From the human T2T-CHM13v2.0 reference genome, Homo sapiens, in the NCBI RefSeq assembly GCF_009914755.1, contig NC_060931.1: 64,000 nucleotides of DNA; one strand, 5' to 3'. Numbering within the stretch: position 1 is the first letter of the stretch; each line of letters opens with the position of its first letter. The position numbers and the translations under genes are program-made. A model generated the notes under the pieces. It was not told the origin of the DNA and made no database searches. It was given only the letters and a program-made list of their open reading frames with translations. This document shows positions 23,544 through 38,477 of this stretch, in pieces.

Positions 23544-26500
23544 AACAAATTGATTTTTTGAAGAGACTAACAAAATCAATAAACTTCTGGCTAGACTGGT
23601 CAGAAAATAGCAGGAAAATATATTAGTAGAAATGAAGAAAAGGGATATAAACACAACTATTTCCCAATATATTTAAATATTTAAATGCAAAGAGCAAATT
23701 CATTTAAAAAAAACAACATCTACCTGGAATATAACATAAATTAGAATATAAACTTATAGAAATGGATATAAGAATAATCTTATAATGAAAGATACTAAAT
23801 TATATGAGCCTCAGATAGTTTACCAAATAATTCCAACATAGCCCCCCCTACCATTCTTTGAGTCCAGTATTAACTTGATACCAAAAACATAATGATAGTA
23901 CAACAAAGAGAAGTTATAGGCCAAAGTCATTCATGAATACAGTGGCAAAAATCCTAAACAAAATAGCAAAGCAAACCCAACCATATGTATGAAGAATGAT
24001 TTATCACAACAAAGTCGATTTTTTTAAAAGTACTATTATTAGAAAAAATCTCTGAACGCTAAAAGGAGAAAAAACTTTTATCATTTTAATAAGAGCAGAC
24101 AAAGGATTGAATAAAATTTAGTATTGATTCATGCAAAAAAAAATCCTAACAAATGAGAAATGACAAATAGCTTCCTTAAACATAAAGATGAACTATTCTT
24201 AACAGGTGATAGCAGCATCTCAACTCAATGGTTACACATAAAAGCGTTTTCTTTAAAATCAGGAAGCACGTAAAGACCGTCATCACAACTTAGTTTAACA
24301 TTGAACTAAATGGATCATATCCACTGCATTAGGACAGGAAAGAAGACATATTTTTATAATAGATAGAGGTTGGAAAGGAACAACTGTTGTTAAAAGAATA
24401 AGAGAAACAAAAAGAATCAAAGAAACAAATAGCATATGTTTCCATTCCATCACTTTGGTATTAATCACACTTGTTTCTGGAGACCATGGTGTAAAGGAAT
24501 GAGCCAGGATTACTGAAGGGTCCTGCAGTGCCAGTGACCACAAGACAAGCCAGAACCAAGTTAACTTAGAGTGAATTGGCCTATTCTTTAATACTGCTCA
24601 GAATTACAAACTCCCATATAATCTGTCACTTAAATTCCATTCAAATTAATAAAATCTAATTCATTTGAATAAGACTTAAAGTGATTTGATTCTACTGCAT
24701 CAAATTCTGCTCAGTGGAATCAGTCCTTGATTGAAATCTATTAAGTTCAATTCAGTAAAATAAATTTAAATATTATGCAATACAATTAATTTTTAATTAA
24801 TTACCATTTCAGTTCAGGTCCATTTTGATCTGAACTTCAATTCTACATTTCTAAATTTGGTCCCTATTCAAATCAATAAAATGCAGCAAAATCCAGTGTA
24901 ATTCTAAAAGATACAACCTGAAGCTAATCAACTGCATTTATTTCTATTCACCCCTAATCAGATGAGTTTAGTGACATTCAATCACAGAAAGATAAAATGC
25001 TCACCTTTAACTACCAAATTGAATGTTTACATTAGAACTTCAGAATTACCAGGTTTTCCCAAACTCACATCACCATCTGCAGTAGGGACTCCACAGGATT
25101 TTATCTTGACTCATTCTTTGTTTGGCTTATATATTAACATAGAACAATGTAGAATTGGATGGTTAGGAAACAAAAGAGAATATTGCTATCCTGTTTAATA
25201 AGCTGAAATCATAGGTAAGTTGAGATAATAGACTTTTGCATCTATGAGAATGCCAATACATGATTTTTTATTTTATTTTTAAAGTTCTTAATTTAAATAG
25301 TAAAAGACAGGAATTTTTGACTCCAGACCATGGTTATAAAACTGAGAAAAAAAGTATTAAAAGGACTGTATTATTCAGAAAAAAATAATTGGGAATTAAA
25401 TTGAGATGTTACTATAGTAACACCATTATCACCTCTTTGTATCTTACCAAGCAAACAAGGTCCTGGATTGGTATCCCAATGGCACCCAGTCATCTGGGCC
25501 TCTTTGTTTCTTTATAGATGTTCCCAAGTGTCCAGTGAACTCCACCTACCACTGTCCTTTTCCCAGGTCAGTATATGGCAGACTGGTCTGATGGTAAGGA
25601 TCACAGGGACACTGAGTCTCAAACTCTTCCTCTGAGATTCTTATTCTACAGGACAGGGGATCTATATTGTTTACAAGATCTTAGTGGAATCATAGGGAAA
25701 TTGAAAACCCTTCCCTATACTTACCTCCCACCCGTGGATGAAAAACAAAAAAATCAGAAGTTATTACTCCACGGCTTCACCTCCCCCACTTCATCCTCCT
25801 GTAAGGATCCTGAGACTTCAGCTACCATGGCCCAGATCTTGGAAGTGATTCTGTGCGGATTTTCCACATGTAAAAGAAGAGGAAGCTGTCTGTATTTAAG
25901 CCAGAGAACTTTAGGACTAGTAGCCTGTTTCCATTTCCAGTCCCTGGGGGAGGGGTTCCCATCAGGTTTAGCTTTAAGCCCCTATATTCCTGGAAGCGTA
26001 CACATCCATACTGGGGAAAACAAGAAAATTCTGGCCGGCTTGATCTTCCAAATTACAGCTATCAGATGATTTGGAGGACTCTATAGAGGCTACAGCACCT
26101 CCAAATTCCTTCTCTGCTCCATCCCATCCTGGAGATTATTATAAAAGCTTTTACCTTTCTTGTTATCTAGGACATTTGCACTGGAAGGAAAGTTTCTCAC
26201 AGGTGCAAGAATGTTTTGAATGGTCTAGAATTGCACCAATTAAGGATGCCTATACTTAGTAAGTGTATCATCACCATTCATAACTTAATATGGATTTTGT
26301 AATCAGATCAGAGTGCTCAGCTGAAATTTACTTATAAAGTGGAGAAAAAAGATTTGGTAGTGGTAAGAAAGGAAGAGAGAAGGAAGTAGGAGATTTTTCT
26401 GAGCATGAGTCGCTTAGAAAAAATCCTGCACTGCAAGGGCCTTCAAATAACCAAATGTTACCAGAGAGCAGAGCCTGGGAAGGACTGCCAATGAGCTGCC

Positions 26501-26954
26501 GGCAGGGGACACTGGGAACAATAGTGAAAAGCGTGTTTGTGCTGCAAGGGTACCTGTTCTATTTCCTCAGCTGAAGAGCCCCCAGGGACTCTTTAACAGA
26601 ATTTGTAGATAAGGTTGTAATTGTACATATGATAAAACTAGTTCTCATCAAGCCAAAAAGATGCTTTTACGTTTTCATTTTGGAGATTATATACCCTTGT
26701 GGTGTTGTTTTTAATATCCTATAGAAACAGTGGGAATGAAAGAAATTAAATGTCCCAGAGACTGTGCTGGGTCTTATCTCAGAGGGCGCCAGGATCATAT
26801 TTATTTAAGCAGCCTGTTAAGTTACTCTGTGTAGCCCAGAAGTTCCGAAGAACACATTTTGAAAATCACAGGTATGCACCTCATTTTCATCAAGCAGTCC
26901 CCAAGCATTCGCCCTTGTGCTTCTGAAACAACTTCTTGTTATTGGTGAAAATAA

Positions 26955-27309
<355 letters not shown>

Positions 27310-28365
27310 TTATTGGTTTTTTTAAGTAAGTCTTGGAAAACTCCTTTCCTTTCTAGCCTATTTTCTTTCTCCCTTTCCCAGTTTAATCATCCAAACCATA
27401 ATAAACCCTTCACCATAATAAAACTTGATCTGAAGTGAGTACAAACAGTATAGTGATTATATTTAATTCAATTCATATTTGGCTGTTTTAATACAATATG
27501 CCTTACTTTGATAATTTAGCTCTAGTTAACTTAGAATGCCATTCATCATTACCTAACCTTGTTGCAGTGACCATAGCTACTTAATATAGTTAACTACAAT
27601 CTTCATATTCTGAGGTTAGAGAAGTTCTTGAACTCTTGGAAATAGATAATTCAGTTATTTCTTTCCTCACCACTTTTTGCCCTTGTCTTTTAAAAAAGCT
27701 TTCCATTTTTATTGCCTTTAACTGCTATTCCCCAAAGCCAATTAACAGGTAAATAATGATTTGTAAAGCTAAAAGTAGCATTTCATTAGCATAGCACTGG
27801 AATAAGGGAATTCTTTGCTCAAAATAAATTGAACCGTTCTCCTCTTGCTGAATATAAAATACACAACAAATTAATAATTTATTTTAGTTACAGTGATTTA
27901 ACCAAATTAGCCAATGCTAATAACAAAGTCTACAATTTCCTTTCTCTCTGGAATACGTTTTTCTTATTGGCATTCTTTTGCAGTAGATGTGGAAAGAGCT
28001 AAGTTAAGCATTTTGTGCTGTATTTTAACTTATTTTCCTAGGAAAAAGAACAGAACAACATCAATTTTGCATCAGCCTCACTGGGGGCATTCGTTATATG
28101 AAGACTAAAGTATTGTGACTTGAGAAAGAGTGAGGGATGGGAGAAGAAGCTGGGAAACCAGGCTGCTCTTGCCAGGTCACTAACTTGCCACCTCCTTGCA
28201 CCTGTACTCCTTGCACATGGAGGAAATATTTCAGATCATCCCCTTAGGTCCCATCCTGGTGTGTAATAAGAGTCCCTCTCTACTGTAAGCTGAGGGTCTG
28301 CCATATGAGATTAGCACACAGCCTGGATCCCATGCACAGCTCAGGGCTTCTACTGGAACACCCAC

Positions 28366-29048
28366 CGTAACCGCCCAAGGAGTTCACCTTGCCCGCTGCC
28401 TAGACAGAGTCGATTCATCAAGACAGGGGAGTTGCAATAGAGAGAGTAACTCACGCAGAGCCAGCTGTGCAGGAGACCAGAGTTTTATTATTACTCAAAT
28501 CAGTCTCCCCAAGCATTTGGGGATCAGAGTTTTTAAGGACAACTTGGCGGGTCGGGGGGAAGCCAGTGAGCCAGGAGTGCTGATTGGTCAGGAATGAAAC
28601 CACAGGGAGTCGAAGCTGTCTTCTTGCACAGTCAGTTCCTGGATGGGAGGCACCAGATCAGATGAGCCAGTTTGTTGATCTGGGTGGTGCCAGCTGACCC
28701 ATCAAGTGCAGGGTCTGCAGAATATCTCAAGCACTGATTTTAGGAGAAGTTTAGGGAGGGTCAGAATCTTGTAGCCTCCAGCTGCATGACTCTTAACTAT
28801 AATTTCTAATCTTGCGGCTAATGTTAGTCCTACAAAGGCAATCTAGTCACCAGGCAAGAAGGAGGTCTGCTGTGGGAAAGGGCTATTATCATCCTTGTTT
28901 TAAACTATAAACTGTAAGTTTCTCCCAAAGTTAGTTCCGCCTACACCCAGGAATGAATAAGGACAGCAAGGAGGTTAGAAGCAAGATGGAGTCGATTAAG
29001 TTAGATCTCTTTCACTGTCTCAGTCATAATTTTGCACAGGTGGCTTCA
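28366..29048 (-). mobile_element. LTR8 (ERV1) solo LTR
   Basis: Minus strand begins TGAAGCCACCTGTGCAAAATTATGACTGAGACAGTGAAAGAGATCTAACTT and ends GGGCGGTTAC, as in LTR8; 4-bp TSD CCAC at 28362-28365 and 29049-29052. Confidence 0.88.
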
Positions 29049-30545
29049 CCACTGCCCAAACAATTCAACAATGAAACTTCCTTTCCTGGGCTTCTGAGCA
29101 CTCTCTGAAGGTACAGTGGGAACCAGCTGTCTCTCTTCTTTTCCCCTAGAGTATGTTCCTTGTAGTCTCATTCTGAAGGTAAAGCTGATTGTTATCTTCT
29201 CCTTTTACTGAGAATGTCCTAATTTTTACAAAGAATACTGGGCCACACACAGCTCTCTGATTCATGCAAATTATTACTGTCTGCAATGAAAATGAAACAC
29301 AGTGTTAGGTTGTTTCTACTGATCACTCAAAGGAACAATCATAAATTGGGCAGAGATTCTGAGATATATAATCTTTCATTGGTTATTTGAGGTATGGGCA
29401 GGACAAAGGAGTCATCTGCTAGACAAACCTTTAACTCCACTTTTACAGGTGCCCGATTTGTTTCTTCTCCTCCACCAAGAGTGTTAGTGTCCTCTAGTTT
29501 CCAAAAACAGTGATACTAACCAAAAATTCCTTTGAGAGAATTTAGCATGAGGTCAGCTTTTTAAATGCAATGCAAAAAATGAATATGATAACCAGTTTTG
29601 GTAATGTTTCTATATTTTCAGGGTCAGGCTGTGGCCTGCCCAGCCTCAAAGGCATTTCATGAGGTCAAAATGGAACCATCTACCTTTGTCCTCTCTCTAT
29701 AACATGGCCAGAGATGGAATCAGCCAAGACCTAGTGTAGCTTTTGGGCCAAATGACCTTAACATTTCTTTCGGTGGTTGAGATGCTGTGGTTTCCATAAA
29801 TGGGATATTTCAACGCTTATTTTTGAAACTCTAGACTTCATAAGGAGAAAAATTTATTATTGGCCATGGGAAGCATCAGAGAAGCTGGATGCTTTACCAC
29901 TTACCCTGATGGAAAAAGAAAGGAGAAGCAAATGACTTAAACATAGAAAGCAAACACAGCCCCCGCATGCTGGGACCAGGCACAGGTGGACAGAAGACAC
30001 AGCTTCAGGGTGGACCTTTATGTCAGAAAGCGGGCATGTTTCTCCCTTTGGAACAGGGTACTGAGCTCTCCCTCTTGACTGTTTACCAGATTAAGTCAAA
30101 TATACTTTCTTTAATGTGGGTGCCAAAAATGGTCATGCCAAGGGAAAATAATAACTTCCAAATTAAGTCAACACACAGAAAAATCAACAAATTTGTTTGG
30201 AGGGAGAGAATACCTGAATAACTAACTCATTTTCAAATTCAGAGGGCTTGCTCATTCATTACATTCATCCTGGACTCCAGTCCCTGTTCATTCTCAACTT
30301 TAAATCACCCACCTGTTAACAAAATTATTCTTGAGGAAAACTATTGGAATATCTGAGAAAGTACCACAGTATTTTTTTGCATAATTCCAATATGGTCCCT
30401 ACTTTTTGTATTGTTTGTTTAGATATTGTGACTGTTCACATGGTAACTTTATGATTTTCCTCACCTTTATTTCTGAGCACTCATGGAGTCAAGTGTACAC
30501 TTAACATCCCAAGAGGGTGGATGAGTTATTACCATGGAATTTTAA

Positions 30546-30854
<309 letters not shown>

Positions 30855-30949
30855 CCAGAGATTTTAATTGACTAGCTATTTTGGCTTACTGGCTGACATT
30901 ACCTCTGTTAGATTCCACTCATTCCCCAGCTTCTGGCAAGGAACCTCTG

Positions 30950-31620
30950 TTCTCTTAGCATAATGTTCTCAAGGTTCATCCATGTTGTCACATATTGCAA
31001 AATGTCCTTTTTTAGGTCTGAATAATATTCCATTGTATGTATACACAAATATTATATGACTCTGCTTATATGAGATATCTAAAGTAGTCAAATCCAGCTG
31101 AATGTGGTCACTCAGGCCTTTCATCCCACACTTTGAGAGGCAGAAGCAGGTGAATCACTTGAGCCCAAAAGTTGGAGACCAGCCTAGGCAACATGGCAAA
31201 ACCCTTTCTCTGCAAAAAATACAAAAATTAGCCAAGTGTGGTGGCATGTGCCTGTAGTTCCAGCTACTCAGGAGGCTGAGGTGGGAGGATGGCTTGAGCC
31301 CAGGAGGTCAAGGCTGCAGTGAGTTATGATTGCTCCACTGCACTCCAGCCTGGGTGACAGAGTGAGACCCTGTCTTAAAAACATAAATAAAATATAAAGT
31401 AGTCAAATCATAGAAACAAAGAGGTCACCAGGGGCTGGGAAGACGGGGAAGTAGGCAGTTGCTAATCAGTGGGCATAAAAGCTTCAGTTAAACAATAAAA
31501 GTAAGTTCTAGAAATCAGCCATACAACACCATATCATTAATGCTACATTGGACACTTTAAAAGTTGTCAAGAGAGTGGATTTAACATTAAGTGCATTCTC
31601 ATATGCTAAAGTCAAATTAA
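30950..31620. mobile_element. L1MB/MA 3' fragment in two orientations (minus about 30950-31047, plus about 31045-31620)
   Basis: cttagcataatgttctcaaggttcatccatgttg (minus) joined to caaatattatatgactctgcttatatgagatatctaaagtagtcaaatc (plus). Confidence 0.7.
31095..31394 (+). mobile_element. AluJ
   Basis: AluJ diagnostics (gagcccaggaggtcaaggctgcagtgag, gagaccctgtct); 15-bp TSD TAAAGTAGTCAAATC. Confidence 0.93.
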
Positions 31621-31639
31621 GAATAAGAAAGAGTCATCC

Positions 31640-31951
<312 letters not shown>

Positions 31952-32237
31952 AAGAAAGAGTCATCAGGGTCTTCCTGCTCTCTGCTTCCATTCTTTCCAC
32001 TGCCTACCACATCTAGGCTTTTCTTCCCGCCATTCACCTGAAACTCCTTTCATCAAAATCTCTAGTGACCTTCCAGCTGTCAAATTAAAAGAAAACTCTT
32101 AGCTCCCCATCTTAATAGACTTCACTATGAAATCTGATGGTGCTGGCCCCTCTGCTCTCTGGGAAATCCTCCTGTGTTTTTCTCCCACCACCCTGGCTGC
32201 CTTCGTTCTTGCACTCTGCTATGGTCATCTCCATCTC

Positions 32238-32811
<574 letters not shown>

Positions 32812-34426
32812 TGAAATCATTCCATTTTTGAAATGATGTTGTAATCTAAAAGATTCCAGCAGCATTTCTCCCACTTCCAATATGTTCTGGTTTGCCCTGA
32901 TAGTTCCTAAAACATATTTTCAGCTCAGAAAATCCTCCTGAGAACCAGACTTCTACAGTCAATTTGTACATTTTGTGAGCAAACCCATTATCTTTTCTTC
33001 AACATTCCCTAGACTTTTGATGATGATCTTCCTTCCCTGTGCCCTACCTTCATGGAGCATAGTACCATCCCCATTCATACAAACCAGAAGCCTGGATTAA
33101 TCCACAGCACTCCCTGCCCATCTTCTCTTCTACCTAAATCCCAACAGTCCCAGCCAGCTATAACTCCTGAACCTTTTTTGTGTGTGTTTTCTCTTCTTCT
33201 CCATTTCTACTACTATTTTATTACTTCTTTTCTCTATTAACATAAGAGCATCACATCTAGCCTGCCTGAATCCATTTTGCAGAAATCTATCTTTCATCTT
33301 CCTGTTGATCTTTTGAAACACAAATTTAATCATGCTAGTTCCCTGCTTAAAATCCTTTACTAGTTTCCCATTATTTTCAGGATAAAGTTCAAACGTCTTA
33401 AATTGGGGGAAGATAAACATTGAAAAGAAAGGATAAACCAATGAAAAATAACTTCTTACTTGGACAAAGGTATTTTGCAATGTGACCTTCATCTGCTGTC
33501 CATCTATCTCTTACTATCTACTACTGCTCCTCTCAGCACATCTCTTCAGCCCAATTCTACTACATATGAATATAGTCCTATACATATTTTCCAAATAGAA
33601 GTTTACCTTTCTGTCTTTTTACATTCTGCTCCATTTGCCTAGGAGGTCTTACCTCTCTTATGTCCTTATTGATCTGTGTAATGCATACTTGACCTTCAAG
33701 ATGCAGCTCAACTATTTTGCCTCCTCTGGGAGACCTTCCTTTATGACCTCATTTGCCTCCCCCACTCTCCTCTGTGTTCATAATACTGATAAAACTGTTC
33801 TCCAATCTGTATCTTTTTCTTCCATTCTGTTGAGTTGCTTCTAATGTTTGGCACATTGTGGGAACCCAGTGGATGTTTGATGATTGGATGAATGAATGAA
33901 TGAGTGACTATTAGGCCAAATGATAAAGGAGAGTTGGGGGCTAATCTGCTGTGTGGTTAAAAGAACTACTTAACTCTTCTAGACCTAAATTTCTTTACCC
34001 ATAAAATTAGGAGGTCATACTCAAAAACAGTGAAAGTTTGTGCTTAGCTCCAATATTCTATGATCTCCATGACTTAGTTCACAAAAAAGCATGACCAGTC
34101 ACGAGAATTGTATGGTGTAGAATCAGTTCATGGCCCATACACCTTCATTGTGGACTGACCGCAACTTGGCTTCCAGTTTACTAAATAGACTCCTAAATCA
34201 CAGAAGTTTGAATGTAAAATTGTCTTCCAAGGAGAGAGGTACATATTCCCATGAGAAATCTTAAGCTTAACACTCCCACTGATATTTTTTATCAAATATT
34301 TCTACTATTGACATAAATTTACCTTTATGCTTATGTTTATATTTATATACATGTAAAATTGTGATATATACTTTTGAAAACTCGTCTAAGCTTAAAAGAG
34401 CCTTTTGAAGTATAGAATTAAAAGCT

Positions 34427-34803
34427 TTTTTAAAAAAAACAAATTTATTTCTGTAGGTTTTTGGGTAACAGGTAGTATTTGGTTGCATGAGTAAGTTCTT
34501 TAGTGGTGATTTATGAGATTTTGGTGCACCCATCACCCAAGAAGTATACACTGAATCCAATTTGTCATCTTTTATCCCTCACCCCCTTCCCACCCTTTCA
34601 CCCTGAGTCCCCAAAGTCCTTGTATCATTCTTCTGCCTTTGCATCCTCATAGCTTAGCTCCCACTTATGAGTGAGAATATACAATATTTGGTTTTCCATT
34701 CCTGAGTTACTTCACTTAGAATAATAGTCTTCAGTCCCATCCAGGTTGCTGCAAATGCCATTAATTCATTTCTTTTTATGGCTGAGTAGTATTCCATCAT
34801 ATA

Positions 34804-34853
<50 letters not shown>

Positions 34854-35431
34854 AGAAACAGTTTATCCATTCATTGACTGATGGGCATTTAGGTTGCTTC
34901 CACATTTTTGCAATGGTGAATTGTGCTGCTATAAACACATGTGTGCAAGTATCTTTTTCGTATAATGACTTCTTTTCCTCTGGGTAGATATCCATTTGTG
35001 GGACTGCTGGATCAAGTGGTAGTTCTATTTTAGTTCTTTAAGGAATCTCCACACTGTTTTCCATAGTGGTTGTACTAGTTCGCATTCCCACCAGCAGTGT
35101 AGAAGTGTTCCCCTTTCACCACATTCACACCAACATATATTATTTTTTGATTTTTTGATTATGGGCATTCTTGTGGGAATAAGGTAGTATTGCATTTTGG
35201 TTTTGATTTGCATTTCCCTGATCATTAGGGATGCTGAGCATTTTTTCATATGTTTGTTGGCCTTTTGTATATCTTATTTTGAGGATTTTCTATTCATAGC
35301 CTTAGCCCACTTTTTGATGGGATTGTTTTTTCTTGTTAATTCATTTGAGTTTGTTGTAGATTCTGGATATTAGTCCTTTGTCAGATAGATAGACTGTGAA
35401 GATTTTCTCCCACTCTGTGGGTTGTCTGTTT
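34427..35431 (-). mobile_element. L1PB 3' end, about 1 kb, 5'-truncated; stops about 135 bp before the exon acceptor
   Basis: L1PB-type 3'UTR (catgagtaagttctttagtggtgattt...ggtgcacccatcaccc); ORFs 34654-34995 and 35025-35249 are ORF2 C-terminal relics. Confidence 0.92.
34808..34850. repeat. (TG)21 microsatellite inside the L1PB
   Basis: Read directly from the sequence. Confidence 0.96.
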
Positions 35432-35520
35432 GAAATAAATTGACTTTTAAGAGGGTTGAGTGATGTTCAGACTATCAGAGTATTCCTGGGGAAGTGGGTG
35501 TAAGTGTGGCAGTATAATGA

Positions 35521-35724
<204 letters not shown>

Positions 35725-36897
35725 TGAGTGCCTGCGGGCAGCACAGCCAGGCTCACCCTCCCAGTGTGCCTTTGTGTCAAACTCATGTGATAGAAGAAAG
35801 TTTGAAAAGTGCTATAATAATACGATAATAGGGTAGAAAGGTCTGGAACTAACCCAACTGACAAATGTCAGGAACATACTGAAAAATATAAAAGCAGAAA
35901 GAGGTCAGTGCGACAAGGGTATGCATTTAGAAACTGAGACATAATTGATGTGTTCATATTTTATTCAGAGAGGAAAATAATGAGCCATGTTGTAGACAGT
36001 GATTTGCATTATAAAATGTGCTGTGTAACAATAGAGGGATGGCTGGGGGCGGGAAGCCACTGTGCATGAGTGCAGGCAGTCAACAGCCTCCTGCGGGGAG
36101 CACAACCACCTCCTGCAATGTTTGCGTTGGGGATCTGGATTGGAAAAATAGGAGAGAGAGAGAGAGAAGGGAAAAAACAAAGAAACAGAAAAAATCATTC
36201 TTTGCTCTTGTCTTCTGTAAGTGCTTGCCTGTCTACTTTTCTTTCATACCTGGAATTGTTTATAACTCTGATACAAATCAGTTCAAGAAAGATCTATTTT
36301 GGGTTTCTTCCATCCCTTTGCTGGCTTTTGTTCTGCCCCGCAGTGAATAGCTGGGTCTGTGTCAGTAACAGATAAAGATAAGATCAGCTGCCATTCTTTG
36401 TGAAAAAGGCCCCAGAAGTTTAGGTGGAAGACTATAAACCTAAGTGTGATTCTTTGCAGAAGCACATATCCAGTGCCGGCTTTCTACATTTTTACAAGTG
36501 TTGAGAGGCTCCATTTCTGCTTCTGGGCAGCTGTGCACATAGCCAGTCATGGTCATGAATTTCCCCATATGCCCAGCCATGGTTTTCTTCAGTTCACCTA
36601 TGTAGTATGCTATTTACAGGGACAGTTTACAAGACAAATTCATTCCACCAGTTAACCAAAAACAAATTCTGAGAACGTAACATTATATGAATTTCAGGTA
36701 GGATGTCTGCTCACTTTCTGAAAGTTATATTTCTTCTAGTAAATATAACAAATTACAAAGCCTATCTATTTCAATGGCTTAGAATGTGTGTGTATATGTG
36801 TGTAAAATACTTGTAAATAGCTATCATTAATCTTTAATTATGGATTATTGTAAAGAAGAGATCATGATAATTTTTAATTTTATTTCTTTGAAAGATG

Positions 36898-36902
<5 letters not shown>

Positions 36903-36930
<28 letters not shown>
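36903..36930. repeat. (AC)14 microsatellite
   Basis: Read directly from the sequence. Confidence 0.96.
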
Positions 36931-36994
36931 TGTATACAAAGATTGGAAGTTGGGAATGGAGTTAAAAGGGCATGGTCTTTGAAATTAACCTTTT

Positions 36995-37150
36995 ATTCAT
37001 TCGTTCAATCATTCATTCAGTGAATCATCCAATCAGTCATTCATTCAACAAATATTGATCAAATACTTATGAGTCAGCAACTCTTCTAGGCACTGGGGAT
37101 AAAATACCAAATGCAAAGAACAAGAATCCCTGTCCTGACTCACATTCTTG
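36995..37150 (-). mobile_element. L2 3' end
   Basis: (ATTC)n-like tail then caacaaatattgatcaaatacttatg...ctaggcactggggata. Confidence 0.78.
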
Positions 37151-37600
37151 TTCTTGATGCCTTTTATTACTAGTTGTGTGTTCTTAAGCCAGGCAGACCT
37201 TCTCCCATCCATTTGTCTATCCAACATTAATTCCCTACCTCTTCAGGAAGCTGACATTGGGTTCAGCCTCCCCAACTAGGAGAAGTGGGAACAGAGCCCC
37301 AGCTGGTTCATTGTCCAGGCAGCCCAGAGTGCCCTGCCACCATCACCTTGTCCCACCACAGAGGAGAGAAGAGGGATTCAGAAAGAGTAAGATCTAGTAC
37401 CTGCACCTAAGTGAACTTCATTTTTATCAGACATCATGCTAAGTTCTAGGGATACAGTGATGAATGGAACATGGTATTTGTCCTCAGGAGCTCCAAAACT
37501 AGTTGAAGGAAACACACATGTGCACACACAAATAGATAACATAATACAGTCAGTGTTGTGAGGAAGGTGTGTGCAAGATACAACAAAAACTAATGAAAGT

Positions 37601-37923
37601 GGCGGGGCGTAGTGGCTCACGCCTATAATCCCAGCACTTTGGGAGGCCGAGGCCAGCAGATCACCTGAGGTCAGGAGTTCGAGACCAGCCTGCCCAACAA
37701 GGCAAAACCCCGTCTCTACTAAACATAGAAAAAATTAGCCGGGCATGGTGGTGGGTGCCTGTAATTGCAGATACTCGGGAGGCTGAGGCAGGAGAATCGC
37801 TTGAACCCAGGAGGCGGAGCTTGCAGTGAGCCAAGATCCCAGATCGTGCCACTGCACTCCAGCCTGGGTAACAAGAGTGAAACTCCATCTCAAAAAACAA
37901 ACAAACAAACAAACAAAAAAAAA
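37601..37923 (+). mobile_element. AluS (Sq-like) with (AAAC)n tail
   Basis: Dimeric Alu; near-TSD aaaaactaatgaaag / aaaaactgatggaag. Confidence 0.95.
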
Positions 37924-38198
37924 CTGATGGAAGAAATTTTCAATCTAACTGGAGGAGTGAAGGAAGGAATCCATAACGTCTTGGAGGAAGAGGCATAAAC
38001 TTGAAAGACAAGGAAAAGCAAGGGCCCTGGGACACTCGCCCTTGCATGGTGGTCTTGGAGAAGAAGCATGACGGAGCTGGGCCAGGCTGGGGAACTGTCT
38101 GTGCAGTTGACAGTTTTGAAAACATTAAGGCCCTAGCATGACATCTGTGTCTAAACCCTGAGGGCTACCATTAGTAGAATTACAGGTTGAAAACATAG

Positions 38199-38468
38199 AT
38201 TTTTTTTTTGAGATGGGGTCTCACTCTGTCACCCAGGATGGAGTACAGTGGCAAAACCTCGGCCCACTGCAACCTCTGCCTCCCCGGTTCAAGCAATTCT
38301 CCTGCCTCTGCTGGCACCTGCCACCATGCCCAGCTAATTTTTGTATTTTTAGTACAGACGGGGTTTCACCATGTTGACCAGACTGGTCTTGAACTCCTGA
38401 CCTCAAGTGATCCACCCTCAGCCTCCCACAGTGCTAGGATTACAACCATGAGCCACCATGCCTGGCCA
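38199..38468 (-). mobile_element. AluS with a small internal deletion
   Basis: Reverse Alu lacking the cctcccgagtagctgggattaca segment. Confidence 0.92.
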
Positions 38469-38477
38469 AGATAGATC

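Noticed and set aside
25575-26069. 164-aa + strand ORF in non-repeat DNA
   Set aside because: No recognisable domain or homology, no poly(A)/TSD retrocopy hallmarks, and a length compatible with chance; BLASTP or PhyloCSF would settle it.
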